Source of the DNA: Candidatus Latescibacterota bacterium
GTDB taxonomy: Bacteria > Latescibacterota > UBA2968 > GCA-2709665
NCBI GenBank assembly: GCA_965208835.1
Contig: OZ242358.1
Location: 3,232,001-3,296,000, forward strand
Direction of reading: 5' to 3'
DNA length: 64,000 bases
Positions within the stretch are counted from its first letter, which is position 1; each line of letters begins with the position of its first letter. Shown here in pieces: positions 47,712 through 57,498 of the stretch. The notes under the pieces are model-generated. The model saw only the letters and a list, made by a program, of their open reading frames with translations. It ran no database searches and was not told the origin of the DNA. The position numbers and the translations under genes are program-made.

Positions 47712-48701
47712 TCATAGGGCACGCGCCTCAAAGTCTAGCAAATCACCACCGAACTTCAGGAAAAATGCAGCAAATTCGGACCCTGTCAACATCGTAACCG
47801 CCTTGCCTGTGTCTTCTTGAAGCTTGTCCAATTCCTGCCTGAAGTTTTCGCCCGGGATCGTCCCCGTTGAGACGATCAGTCCCTGATTTGCGTGTTCATA
47901 TTGCTGAAACGCTCTTCTGATATCTTCGATCGCGCGCGTATTGTGAATCTCCCCTTCGAAGGATTTGACCTGAACAACCAACGTATCTCGGTGAACCAAT
48001 CCTGGGATGGAACCGAATTCAAAATCCACTATCAAACCGGCCCCGTGATCACGAGCGCCTCCCTGTCGTTTCACACCCCGAACGCCAGGAACGCTTTGAA
48101 AAACCTTCTCTACCAGAGGCTCGAGTTCCCTGTTTGGATGTGTGCGGCTGATTTTATGTGAGATATCTTCGAGAAGTGGTTGAATCTGCTCCGAAAGATA
48201 TGCCAGGCTTGTCTCAGACGTTCTCGGCGCTGGTGCCTCTGTTTCTAGGGCTTCCAATAGCCGCCTGAAATCATCCTCCACGTGTATCGTCCACCACCGC
48301 CCCTGTAGTTTTAGACGGGCGCTCAAGGCGGGCGTCACCCTAGCGTCGTTCCGATTAAAGGAGCGTACCGATTCCGGGCAGACGTCGAATCGATGATTGA
48401 AATCATCGTCCCCGCCAACCCAATGGTACTCACCTGTCACCCTTGCCACAGTGCATTCACCCCACACAGGAAGATTGATATAGACAACATAATCGCCTTC
48501 TTCCATCCTCAAAAGAAACTCCTGGTAACAGTTCTTCTCATCATCGCTGAGCGAATCCCATCCCGATTCTTCGATCCTGTTCTTCAACTCCCTTAGATCG
48601 GCATTTACGTAGCTCCAGCCAAATCGACCCTTGCCACGCGTCAACGAGTCAAATATGCGTTCGTTCCAGTCCTCGGTGGCTTTGAGCGCGTAGATCGTCA
48701 T
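47712..48701 (-). CDS. Mrr-like restriction endonuclease domain protein
   Basis: C-terminal ELEPLVEKVF...DHGAGLIV...VVQVKS...GLIVST pattern; N-terminal GRFGWS / GDYVV domain; GAGGAG RBS. Confidence 0.75.
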   Translation of the reverse strand: MTIYALKATEDWNERIFDSLTRGKGRFGWSYVNADLRELKNRIEESGWDSLSDDEKNCYQEFLLRMEEGDYVVYINLPVWGECTVARVTGEYHWVGGDDDFNHRFDVCPESVRSFNRNDARVTPALSARLKLQGRWWTIHVEDDFRRLLEALETEAPAPRTSETSLAYLSEQIQPLLEDISHKISRTHPNRELEPLVEKVFQSVPGVRGVKRQGGARDHGAGLIVDFEFGSIPGLVHRDTLVVQVKSFEGEIHNTRAIEDIRRAFQQYEHANQGLIVSTGTIPGENFRQELDKLQEDTGKAVTMLTGSEFAAFFLKFGGDLLDFEARAL

Positions 48702-48984
48702 CTGTCTCTCTCCTCTGCAATTGGATTCATCGTTTCACATCAAAGTAGCCATGCTGCGGCTGGACCATCGTCTTCGGTTCTGTCCTACGTATTTCACCGG
48801 TTTATTAGTGGCCGGTTACGATGGGGTGGTGAACGTGTTGGCATCGCTTTCTCCCAGTTGGGAAGTTAAACTGAAATCCGGCTTGAAGTCAGACCCGTCC
48901 CGCGGATTTCGGCCACCGTGACCATCTGCCGTGCCTGAATGTACGTATTATGTGCGATCGCACCTACGCATACTCATATAAATC

Positions 48985-49000
48985 TGCAAAAAACGTGCCA
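48985..49000 (-). promoter_or_regulatory. Sigma-54 promoter
   Basis: Minus strand TGGCAC-GTTTT-TTGCA, a perfect consensus match, facing the Mrr-like gene. Confidence 0.65.
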
Positions 49001-49660
49001 TTTTTTTTCGGATTAAATGTTGAATATAAGGGAGTTAGGATATGAACTGTCAGTTTCTGTCAGGTGAAAGACGCCGAAAACACGCCATTGGAGGGGTTAG
49101 CACAAATATTCGCCATGCCAGTCATCATCAGCCTGGAAACTCAAAAACGACTTGCAGAGCCAACTCTAAGAAGCCACCGGAAGTGTTGTAATTTGCAACG
49201 TGGCGGGAGACTCGCGGAGAGTATTCGTGGGTGGGTTTAATGGATCGCGGGCAGGAAAGATGGAGAGGTATTCCAGGCCGAAGCCGAGGAAGGGCTTACC
49301 AAGTGGGCCGGGCGAATACGGACGTATCGATCGACACCACATCTTCATCGGGACCCTGCTTGGGCAGGTCCGGAAAATTGGGCTGGACTCCGGCTTACTT
49401 CACGACATTTTGTCTAGGTGTCGGCACTGATGCATCCATAATCGTTCGCCCTATTCATTGTAGCTTAATTTAAGAAGAGGAACTGTCTCATTGAGATGGG
49501 CACAGAGCGATCACTCGTGTGGGATGAATCAATCTAATATCAGTTTGTTTTTTGACGACTTGCAACTTCCATTCCTTTTCATCCGTCAGAGCGAGTCGGG
49601 TTCAATGAGCAATGGCATCATGTGGTGGCGCCCAACTGATCTCCGGACATTGTCCCGCGT

Positions 49661-49804
49661 TGCAGGAGATCCTTCGTCAGCCTAGCGCCTGCCTGTCGGC
49701 AGACAGGGCTTCCTCAGAATGACAGCTCACGTACACGTATCTCAGAGACATTTCATTGAGGGTCGTGGGACGCCATGTCACTCTTAGCGTAGTCGAAGAA
49801 TCTC
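49661..49804. repeat. Direct repeat A flanking GNAT gene (REP-like)
   Basis: GATCCTTCGTCAGCC...ATGACAGCTCACGTACACGTATCTCxGAGACATTTCATTGAGGGxCGTGGGACG shared with 50579-50714. Confidence 0.8.
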
Positions 49805-49958
49805 CCGTCTACTCGATTGAACGTGCGCCGGAAGCATTCATCAGCCTATTTGCGCGGACGCTTCCTCAGCAAAACACTGTGCGCGCGTGTTCGACACCCC
49901 CACCTCATCAGCCGTCGCCTGCGCCTTATACACTTCGGCAAGTTCAATGCAGGCAGGC

Positions 49959-50474
49959 TTAGGTACCCGGCGCGGGTTCCCGCGCCTTCAGGTCGACTTT
50001 GTAGAGTGGCAGTTCGCGTCCCGGAACGCTCTCGGAAGATCTGGTACCAATCTTCCTGGCGCCCATTGCAAGATAGAACCCGTCGGCATGCGGGTCGCCC
50101 TGAATAAGCATCGTCCTGAATTCCAGGTTGGATGCTGTTGATACGGCATGTCGCAAGAGACGTCCGCCATATCCACGTCCGATTTCATCCGGCTCTACAA
50201 AGAGAAACGTCAACTCGACTTCACTTATGGTTGGCGGTTGGAGCATATAAAATCCTACAATGCGTCCCGAATCGTCGATCACATACGCAGGATTGTGCGA
50301 CAATTCTACATCTGAGACCGTCAACTCTTTCTCGCAGGCCGAAAGGAATGATTCGTCATACCCCCAGAATCCCTTGGACCTGCGTGCCAGAGCGGTGAGT
50401 TCGGACCCTTCACCCTGTCTGGCGCGACGAATTATACCACGGTCAATTCGTGTTTCACGACTCGTCATATCCAC
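49959..50474 (-). CDS. GNAT acetyltransferase
   Basis: RSKGFWGY, LFVEPDEIGRGYG, DPHADGFYLAMGA. Confidence 0.92.
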   Translation of the reverse strand: MDMTSRETRIDRGIIRRARQGEGSELTALARRSKGFWGYDESFLSACEKELTVSDVELSHNPAYVIDDSGRIVGFYMLQPPTISEVELTFLFVEPDEIGRGYGGRLLRHAVSTASNLEFRTMLIQGDPHADGFYLAMGARKIGTRSSESVPGRELPLYKVDLKAREPAPGT

Positions 50475-50578
50475 TGAAACCCGATAAATCTGCCGGACCC
50501 AATGCCCCGACTAAAGGGAGACCCTGTGCTGCCCATCAGGTGACGGCGGTCGGCTGGCCCGTGGAAATCATCACATGC

Positions 50579-50714
50579 TGCAGGTGATCCTTCGTCAGCC
50601 AGACGGCACCCTTCGACAGACTCAGGGCAAGTCCTTAGGATGACAGCTCACGTACACGTATCTCGGAGACATTTCATTGAGGGCCGTGGGACGACATGTC
50701 CTTCTGAGCGTAGT
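50579..50714. repeat. Direct repeat B flanking GNAT gene (REP-like)
   Basis: Homolog of 49661-49804. Confidence 0.8.
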
Positions 50715-50741
50715 TGTGCCGAGTGCATCGTGGGACCGGTA

Positions 50742-51125
50742 CTACTGCTGCATAATCTGTATTAGATTTCCGCAGGTATCGTCAAAGACGGCCATGATGA
50801 TGTTCTCCCACTCTGTCGGCTCCATTGTAAACCTCACACCGAGCGCGCTTAATCGCTCATGCTCTGCGCGAATGTCGTCCACGCCGAAGCAGGTCGCGGC
50901 AATGCCCTGTTCGAATATCCCTTTCTGATATGTCTTCGCGACCGGATTCTCGTTCGGCTCGAGCAGAAGCTCGGTCCCTTCCTGGTCGTCGGGCGAAACG
51001 ACCGTGATCCACCTGTGTTCCCCAACCGGAACGTCATGTTTTTTTTCGAAACCGAGTATCTGGGTATAGAACTTCAGCGCTTTGTCCTGATCTTCAACAA
51101 AAACGCCACTCAGTATGATTTTCAT
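50742..51125 (-). CDS. VOC/glyoxalase family protein
   Basis: Start ATG 51125; VEDQDKALKFYTQILGF, FDDTCGNLIQI. Confidence 0.93.
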   Translation of the reverse strand: MKIILSGVFVEDQDKALKFYTQILGFEKKHDVPVGEHRWITVVSPDDQEGTELLLEPNENPVAKTYQKGIFEQGIAATCFGVDDIRAEHERLSALGVRFTMEPTEWENIIMAVFDDTCGNLIQIMQQ

Positions 51126-51204
51126 CGTGATTTCGCCCCTTTCAGTTTTGAGATTCAGGTTTGGGTAACAAGAACAAATCTGTTGAATTTCTCTGCGATA
51201 ATAC

Positions 51205-52005
51205 TCATGCAGCCATGAATCTCGCAAACGTACATCCTTTCGGATGGCAATAATTGTACCTGAAGTACGACTTGAAACCGATCTTCCGGTAGACCGGCTC
51301 ACCCATCACGGACGCCTGCAGGACGGCAATCCTGTACCCCATCTGACGGGCGTCCTCCATTGGCGCAAGCGTCATCGCGGTTCCGATTCCCCGCCTCCGA
51401 TGTTCCGGGAAAACCTCCACCTGATACAGCCCGGCAACGCCCGAAGAGAGAAACATCATCGAAGTACCGATCGCTTCGCCGTCGATCTTCCCCAGATAGA
51501 GCCTCACTTCCGGCGATTCCATGAGAACTTTGAACATATCGAATTCGAACAGAGGAAAAAATGACAGCCATTCGCGGAGCCCTTCGTCATCGCCTACACG
51601 TTCTATTCTGAGGTCGACCGGGCATGGACGCTCCTCACCCGCCCCATCCAATCGGATCGCCATCCCAGGCGGATCGTGGTCCATCGCCACGAACCCGTTG
51701 CTCACCAGATGCGTCCTCAGGTCCTTCGGCTCTGATTCCGGACCGAATTTCAGGAGTGGTGGTAGCCTCCTCTGCTCTATACCGGCACGGATCTCATGGA
51801 TTCCGCTTTCCAGGTTCTCTTCCCTGAACCGCGGTTCGACCAGATAGTTCGGCCACCACGGCTTACCGATAACGCCGGTGAAATCTTTCTCCCGCAATAT
51901 GGTCTTACCACCCCTTTCCGCGGCGAAGAGGAAAAGATCGATGTTGTTCCGCTCAATCGCCGTTGTGACGGCAGGGTCCGAATGGTCTTCCAAGACAGAA
52001 AACAT
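51205..52005 (-). CDS. GNAT acetyltransferase
   Basis: VAGLYQVEVFPEHRRRGIG, LQASVMGEPVYRKIGF. Confidence 0.9.
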   Translation of the reverse strand: MFSVLEDHSDPAVTTAIERNNIDLFLFAAERGGKTILREKDFTGVIGKPWWPNYLVEPRFREENLESGIHEIRAGIEQRRLPPLLKFGPESEPKDLRTHLVSNGFVAMDHDPPGMAIRLDGAGEERPCPVDLRIERVGDDEGLREWLSFFPLFEFDMFKVLMESPEVRLYLGKIDGEAIGTSMMFLSSGVAGLYQVEVFPEHRRRGIGTAMTLAPMEDARQMGYRIAVLQASVMGEPVYRKIGFKSYFRYNYCHPKGCTFARFMAA

Positions 52006-52015
52006 CTACAGGTCC

Positions 52016-52609
52016 TCAGCGTTTGATTTCGCCGCGGAGTTTCGACAGCAAAGCCCTGTCGACGTCGGGAAACGTACACAAATCTGATAGCAAGGTCTCG
52101 ACATTCTCAACGGAATAATCCAGCCCCGCCCGACCCAGTTTCTCGCAGGCGCTGAACATGTAGTGATTGGCATCGTCCTCGCCCCGCCTGGCTCGCTTTA
52201 CCGCCCATACGACGTTCCAGAACGCGGACGTGGCGACAGACCAGTCCGGGAACGGCGAAGGCCATTTCTGAGAAGCCTCCAGGTCAGACTTGATATACAG
52301 ATCTATCCTCCAGAATACAGGATAGTCGTGAAAATTGACCCGGACGTTCTGCGCCATCCGGTCGTTTTTCTGCTGAGGATCGTACCGCAATGAGAACGCG
52401 CCGAAACGTCCTTCCAGGCACGCCGCTAGAGAATCGAAAAACCCCTGCGTGAGCTCAACCTGAACGCTGGCTTCGAGATCCACGTCGCTGTATTGGTCGA
52501 CCTTCCCCGAGGCGAATGAACCGAAGAAGTTGACCGTTCCAGGAGAAAAATGCCTCCGAAGGACCTCTACGACTTCATTTCCGAATTGATGTATGGTCAT
52601 CTCGTACAC
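52016..52609 (-). CDS. Nucleotidyltransferase domain protein
   Basis: Pol-beta-type motif FGSFASGKVDQYSDVDL. Confidence 0.85.
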   Translation of the reverse strand: MYEMTIHQFGNEVVEVLRRHFSPGTVNFFGSFASGKVDQYSDVDLEASVQVELTQGFFDSLAACLEGRFGAFSLRYDPQQKNDRMAQNVRVNFHDYPVFWRIDLYIKSDLEASQKWPSPFPDWSVATSAFWNVVWAVKRARRGEDDANHYMFSACEKLGRAGLDYSVENVETLLSDLCTFPDVDRALLSKLRGEIKR

Positions 52610-52625
52610 GCATGTGTGGGATCGT

Positions 52626-53054
52626 TCAATCGATCCTTATTTCCGAACCTACTGTCAAAAGACTATCCATGTCTTCTTTCAAATGAGATGAGCCAAATTC
52701 GGGATTTCCGGGACTCAGAATATAGCAAGCAGACGTGACGTCCATGTTTTCGTGCATCGGAAAGACATGTGCGTGGGCGTGGGGCACGTCACTTCCAGCG
52801 TAGAGAAAAGCAACGCGTTCAACCCGATAGATTGCTTTCATTTTCCTTGCGAGTCTTTGACCAAGTTCCATTATTCTCGCTGCGAGGCCAGCAGGAACAT
52901 CGTCGAAGTACTCGAAGTGACGTCGTGGAATGATAAGGCAATGGCCTCTCCGTATGGGCCTGTTGCCAAGAAACGCTACGATATGGGAGTCCTCCCACAC
53001 GATCACCGCGTTCGCGTTTCCGGAGGCTATTTCGCAAAATGGACAAGCTCTCAC
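52626..53054 (-). CDS. HIT family protein
   Basis: GTG start 53054 with GAGG; CPFCEI, GHCLIIPRRH, VPHAHAHVFP. Confidence 0.92.
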   Translation of the reverse strand: MRACPFCEIASGNANAVIVWEDSHIVAFLGNRPIRRGHCLIIPRRHFEYFDDVPAGLAARIMELGQRLARKMKAIYRVERVAFLYAGSDVPHAHAHVFPMHENMDVTSACYILSPGNPEFGSSHLKEDMDSLLTVGSEIRID

Positions 53055-53213
53055 GTGGTCCTCGATTTCGCAGTTTCCTCGCGATGGAGGCTGGGCGGTT
53101 CCGACTCCTCTTGTCTGTCTCTGAGTGTTAAACGTTTGATAGTGATGTATATAGACATGGAAGTGTAATGGTGACACTGGAACGGCAATCGACAATTTTC
53201 GCTCTGGAAGGTT

Positions 53214-53627
53214 TCAAAGCCGTTGCTGTCGCTTGAGTTCAGGTAGAATGTAATTTCGCAAGATAGGGTTCAATTGATACTTGCCGGATTCAAGATCGGC
53301 CATAGACGCCCAGGCAATCTCGAGTACCTCGTCCTGGTCCGGAATCGGTTATCCATCAATGCCTGCCACATAAGCTCGAACTCTAACCGTGTGCCTCTCC
53401 TCGGTTTCCGGCAGGCAGACAATTCGCTCGTACTCGCCGAAGAATTCGGGATCCGTCGGCGCAATGCTGAGCTCTTCCTTGAGTTCTCTACGCAATGCAT
53501 CCAGGTCCGACTCTCCGCTCTCGAGCTTTCCGCCGGGCAGAAGGAAATCATGGACACTATCGCACTTCACGAGCAGGAGGCCATCACGTGTGATCAGAAT
53601 TCCTGAGATGCGGACGACAGTCTTCAT
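53214..53627 (-). pseudogene. NUDIX hydrolase with premature stop
   Basis: Nudix box PGGKLESGESDLDALRRELKEE; TAA at 53349-53351, then the same frame continues PIPDQDEVLEIAWAS...ILPELKRQQRL to TGA at 53214. Confidence 0.8.
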
Positions 53628-53717
53628 TCTTCCCTTTCGTACATCGTCAGTATCGAAACCTGGTGAGCGGTCCGGTTCTGCGCGTATTCACCGGTGGGAG
53701 ATTGCGAAGTCGTTTCG

Positions 53718-54503
53718 TTACTGACGTTTCAGGAGGAATATCATCTCGGGCATGTCCGGCCCGATTGGTTTCCGGTCAAAAGAACCGAATTCTCCCACGC
53801 TCTCGAGACCGGCCGCGAAGATTAGCGCTTTGAGATGTGGATAGGTATAGACGCTCATTTTGAAGTTCTCGGCTTCCTCCGACAGTACATGGTCGCCATC
53901 GCAGAGCCGGAAGATAAACCTGCCCGACAAAACCAGATTGACCGGGTCGTACCCGTCCTTCACGAAATACCGCCGAATGGTCCCGCCGGTGCCGTCCTGC
54001 GCGGGCCATTCCAGTTCCAGATGTTCTTCGCCATCGCCGGAAAGCAGCTTGTCGAACCGGGGATTGAACACATCCAACGCGAGAATTCCCCCATCCGTCA
54101 GGTGTCTCCCGGCATTCCTCAAGGCCGCCAGTTGGTCTTCTGCGGTGTACATATGCTGCAAGGGTCTGAACGGAATCACTACCAGGGGAAATACATCAGC
54201 CAATTGAAGGTTTCTGAAATCTCCCTCAATGACCCGTACCCGGGGTTGTACGTCCGCAGGTTCCTTCGCGAGCTTTGCCCGCAAGACCGCCAGCATCGAA
54301 CCAGAAGCATCAACGCCCGTGACATCAAGTCCCTGCCGGGCAAACGGTAGGGTAATCCTGCCGGTTCCGCAGCCGAGTTCGAGGATCGGCCCGCCATACT
54401 CACCGGCCAGATCGAGATAGAAGCCCCTGTCGACCAGGTCCTCCTTGACATTGTATGCGGCATCGTAATGCTTCGCTGCCAAGCGGTAGGAGTCTTCAGT
54501 CAT
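53718..54503 (-). CDS. Class I SAM-dependent methyltransferase
   Basis: ILELGCGTGR, GVDASGSML, HLTDGGILALD. Confidence 0.93.
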   Translation of the reverse strand: MTEDSYRLAAKHYDAAYNVKEDLVDRGFYLDLAGEYGGPILELGCGTGRITLPFARQGLDVTGVDASGSMLAVLRAKLAKEPADVQPRVRVIEGDFRNLQLADVFPLVVIPFRPLQHMYTAEDQLAALRNAGRHLTDGGILALDVFNPRFDKLLSGDGEEHLELEWPAQDGTGGTIRRYFVKDGYDPVNLVLSGRFIFRLCDGDHVLSEEAENFKMSVYTYPHLKALIFAAGLESVGEFGSFDRKPIGPDMPEMIFLLKRQ

Positions 54504-54907
54504 CGTGGCTGAACTCCACCAACTCTCGCTATAATCGATCGCAATTCGGGCTCCGAAAACCGATTTGACTTCAACACTTTGCCGTCATTCCTGAATATGG
54601 GCTTACCCTGCTCATCCAGCTTGCTCATGTTGCTCCGGTGGACCTCATCGAAGAGCTCTTCGGCAATGTCCTGCAGTCCGTGGGCGATAAACGTACCCAG
54701 AAGCACGTAAAGCAGGTCGGTAAGGGCGTCCGCGACCTCGACGATGTCATTGTCACGCACGGCCGCTCGATATTCCTCTAACTCCTCCAATAACATTCGG
54801 ATACGCCATTCGCTTATGTCCGAAGGCAGCTCCGCAACAGGTGTTCGCTCCAGGTGGCACTGGAACACCTCATGAAAGTGCCTCACACAATCGAGTTGAC
54901 CTTTCAT
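54500..54907 (-). CDS. MazG-like / PRA-PH-like nucleoside triphosphate pyrophosphohydrolase
   Basis: EELEEY, EVADALTDLLYV, EVHRSNMSK, DGKVLK; AGGAG before ATG 54907. Confidence 0.9.
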   Translation of the reverse strand: MKGQLDCVRHFHEVFQCHLERTPVAELPSDISEWRIRMLLEELEEYRAAVRDNDIVEVADALTDLLYVLLGTFIAHGLQDIAEELFDEVHRSNMSKLDEQGKPIFRNDGKVLKSNRFSEPELRSIIARVGGVQPR

Positions 54908-55052
54908 CTGACATCTCCTGGTAACCCGCCCAATACCCTTGCTGGCAGTCCATTGGAGTTGGCTCGTCATTGTTCCCGCGACCCTTCACCAAACTGCCGG
55001 TTTGCTGTACCTGAACTTGCACCTTTCGACCAGATTCGCTGCTCCTCGTCCT

Positions 55053-55077
55053 GTAGGGGTGCCCCGTGTGGGCGCCC
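55053..55077. repeat. REP-like GTAG palindrome
   Basis: GTAGGGGTGCCCCGTGTGGGCGCCC in an intergenic gap. Confidence 0.5.
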
Positions 55078-55171
55078 GGCGTTTCGCTTCGTCAATTACT
55101 GCCTCTGACCGTGCTTTCTTAACGGATCGCCTCCGGCCCAATTGCGAACGGCATGTAATTCTACTTATCGC

Positions 55172-55987
55172 CTAATCGTGCCCGGCAAGCAGCCTCTCCC
55201 TCAGTCCGACTGCCGTCCGGTACGCATCATCGAGAAACTCAGCGGGTGGTTGCGCAGGGTCATGGGGAACCGCCTCAATCATTACCGGGCCCGGATGCGA
55301 CGTGGGATACGCACTGGAAACAGTATCCCAATCTACGATTCCCTTCATGGGAAGCCAGTGAACGTCGGTCCGGCCGTCGGTGTCCGAGAAGTGCGTCGTA
55401 AGGAGACGATGCGCCCACTTGCCAAGCACAACGCCGGGCGTATCGGAATACAGGGTGTCGTGCGAACTGTCGTAGCACAGGCCCAAGCTCTCAAGAGGAA
55501 ACTCATTCAGAATGAAGTCCACACGACTGGTAACCCTTGTATTCTCGAGCGCCAACCTGATCCCGCTTCTTGCCGCCTCCTCTCCCAACCTTCGAAATAT
55601 CTCCAGGCCCTCCGCGCGAGGCCGAGGCGGTATCGGCCCCTTCGTGACGTGCAGCACGATGCAGGAAATGGAATGCCGGCTGCAGTACTCGATCAGCTCA
55701 AGGTTCTCATCGACCAACGTGTCGCGTTCGGAGGGACTGTCGGACCAGAATGTATTCGCCTTGTCGTATGGCGCATGGACGTGATCAATGGCGAGTCCGG
55801 CATCTGCAGTCATTGCGGGCATTTCGTGAGCACGTCCGGATTCAACCATGGGTTCCTGATTTCCCATCCACAGAAACGTGTGGCTGAAACCACTCTTCCT
55901 GATCAGCCTCAGACGTTCGGGGAGCGGCAGATCGTAGCCGAACCAGGAGAATGTACCAAGAGGCGGCGCCGTTTCAGACGAAGTCAT
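55172..55987 (-). CDS. Sugar phosphate isomerase/epimerase family (TIM barrel)
   Basis: HVHAPY, LALEN, CYDSSH, THFSD, HWLP. Confidence 0.9.
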   Translation of the reverse strand: MTSSETAPPLGTFSWFGYDLPLPERLRLIRKSGFSHTFLWMGNQEPMVESGRAHEMPAMTADAGLAIDHVHAPYDKANTFWSDSPSERDTLVDENLELIEYCSRHSISCIVLHVTKGPIPPRPRAEGLEIFRRLGEEAARSGIRLALENTRVTSRVDFILNEFPLESLGLCYDSSHDTLYSDTPGVVLGKWAHRLLTTHFSDTDGRTDVHWLPMKGIVDWDTVSSAYPTSHPGPVMIEAVPHDPAQPPAEFLDDAYRTAVGLRERLLAGHD

Positions 55988-56005
55988 GGGTTGCTCTTCT
56001 CCACC

Positions 56006-56377
56006 TCAAGCGGCCGCAGTCCGCGCCGTCTGCCGGAACAAACAGGCCGACACGACCCATAAAGCGATGAAGAGCCCGTTCAGGAGCAACAGATCCAGCG
56101 GACCGCTGGCTGGAGAGCCCAACTTTCCGATTATCGCCACCAGGGTCACGAACACCTGGCCGAGCGCCGTGGCGAACAGCGCGAGTGACATGCCGCGCGG
56201 CTGGAATCGCGCGATGACGGCGCCGACGATTCCTATCGCGAGCACCCCGAAATACATCAGGTTTGCGTGGTTGTTCTCCGATCCGATCACGCCCACCGCG
56301 CCGTTTACCCAGAGGAGGACAAGCGCGGTCACAAGCGCAACTCCGACTGCAGATCGGTAGGAATTACGTATCTTCAT
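56006..56377 (-). CDS. Small membrane protein of unknown function
   Basis: Four hydrophobic segments, WVNGAVGVIGSE; AAGGAG RBS. Confidence 0.8.
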   Translation of the reverse strand: MKIRNSYRSAVGVALVTALVLLWVNGAVGVIGSENNHANLMYFGVLAIGIVGAVIARFQPRGMSLALFATALGQVFVTLVAIIGKLGSPASGPLDLLLLNGLFIALWVVSACLFRQTARTAAA

Positions 56378-56466
56378 TGCTGCTCCTTTCGTCCCGGCGT
56401 GGTTGTTTGGACATCCTTGACAGGCAGGAGCGCCCCTTTTGTGCGCCCGCCTTCCACAATGACAAA

Positions 56467-57441
56467 TCAGCCGTCCGCAAATGACGTTAACACGGCGTCC
56501 CAGGCCAGTTCGGAAGCCATGAATCCTATATCAAGCTCATCCAGCGTTTTTGTCGCAACTTCGTTTGTGGTAACGGCATACAGGATATCACCGTCATATT
56601 GGGTGTGGAAGGGCTGAATGGCCTGCGACATGGAGCTATGGACCTGTTTAGCCAATTGATGGAGAGATCCCGCGTCCAACTTGCGGTTGGTAACCACCAG
56701 TGTCAGGGTCGTGTTTTCGCGAGAAGGGTTGCGCCGTGTCGACTCACCGGACCGACGATGGACCCGATCTCGAATGTGAAGCCGGTTTCCTGTACCTGGA
56801 TCCCGATTCCCTCGAACGACCTGCCCTTTACGATTGACAATCGCGCCGAGCGCATTCACAACGGTGAATACAGCAATCCTGGTACGACCGATCTGTCGAT
56901 AGGCGGCGCCCTGTCCGGATGAATCTCGAACACCCAGCCCGGATCCGCCGCCAACGTTAGCCGAACGACCGGCGCCCCGTGCGCCGAGAGGAAAGACGCC
57001 TGCGCGGGCTGCTCTCAAAGCGGCCCTGCCCAATTGCGTATCCGGATAGATGGCGTTATTCCTGCCTCGCCAATCCCAGATTATGGCGCCGGATACGAGT
57101 GGAATATTCTCCCAGTTTATGGAATAATTCTGCATTGAGAGAAGCTCAGCGCGTACACCAAGCGCTGCTTCAAGACCGAAAAGTGAGCCGCCGGCAAAGC
57201 AAATGGCGTGATACCAGCCATAGCCGGTCTCACTGGCGCCAACGCTACCCCCTCGAATATCGACAGCCGTGGAGATTCCCTTTGGGAAATGGAAGACGGT
57301 GCAACCGGTTGGACCTTCTTCATACTCGGCGATACCGACCGTCATATCCGGAAAGTTGAATTCGAGGGTTGGACCGTCAAATACAGTCCGAGGCCTCAAT
57401 TGTACGCTATCGTGCGAGATCAGTTTTCTTCGCCTGGCCAT
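56467..57441 (-). CDS. P1/S58 (DmpA-like) peptidase
   Basis: GPTGCTV, DIRGG, AGGSLFGL, VVNALG, NTTLTLVVTN, PFHTQYDGD. Confidence 0.9.
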   Translation of the reverse strand: MARRRKLISHDSVQLRPRTVFDGPTLEFNFPDMTVGIAEYEEGPTGCTVFHFPKGISTAVDIRGGSVGASETGYGWYHAICFAGGSLFGLEAALGVRAELLSMQNYSINWENIPLVSGAIIWDWRGRNNAIYPDTQLGRAALRAARAGVFPLGARGAGRSANVGGGSGLGVRDSSGQGAAYRQIGRTRIAVFTVVNALGAIVNRKGQVVRGNRDPGTGNRLHIRDRVHRRSGESTRRNPSRENTTLTLVVTNRKLDAGSLHQLAKQVHSSMSQAIQPFHTQYDGDILYAVTTNEVATKTLDELDIGFMASELAWDAVLTSFADG

Positions 57442-57498
57442 AGCGCTTGCCTGTCTGGATGGAGATTTCGTCGGAAGTCAAGAGGCCATCCTGGAAAT

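Noticed and set aside
49100-49660. Short ORFs in the AT-richer gap after the nuclease gene
   Set aside because: No RBS-supported, protein-like frame recognised; may be gene debris but cannot be supported.
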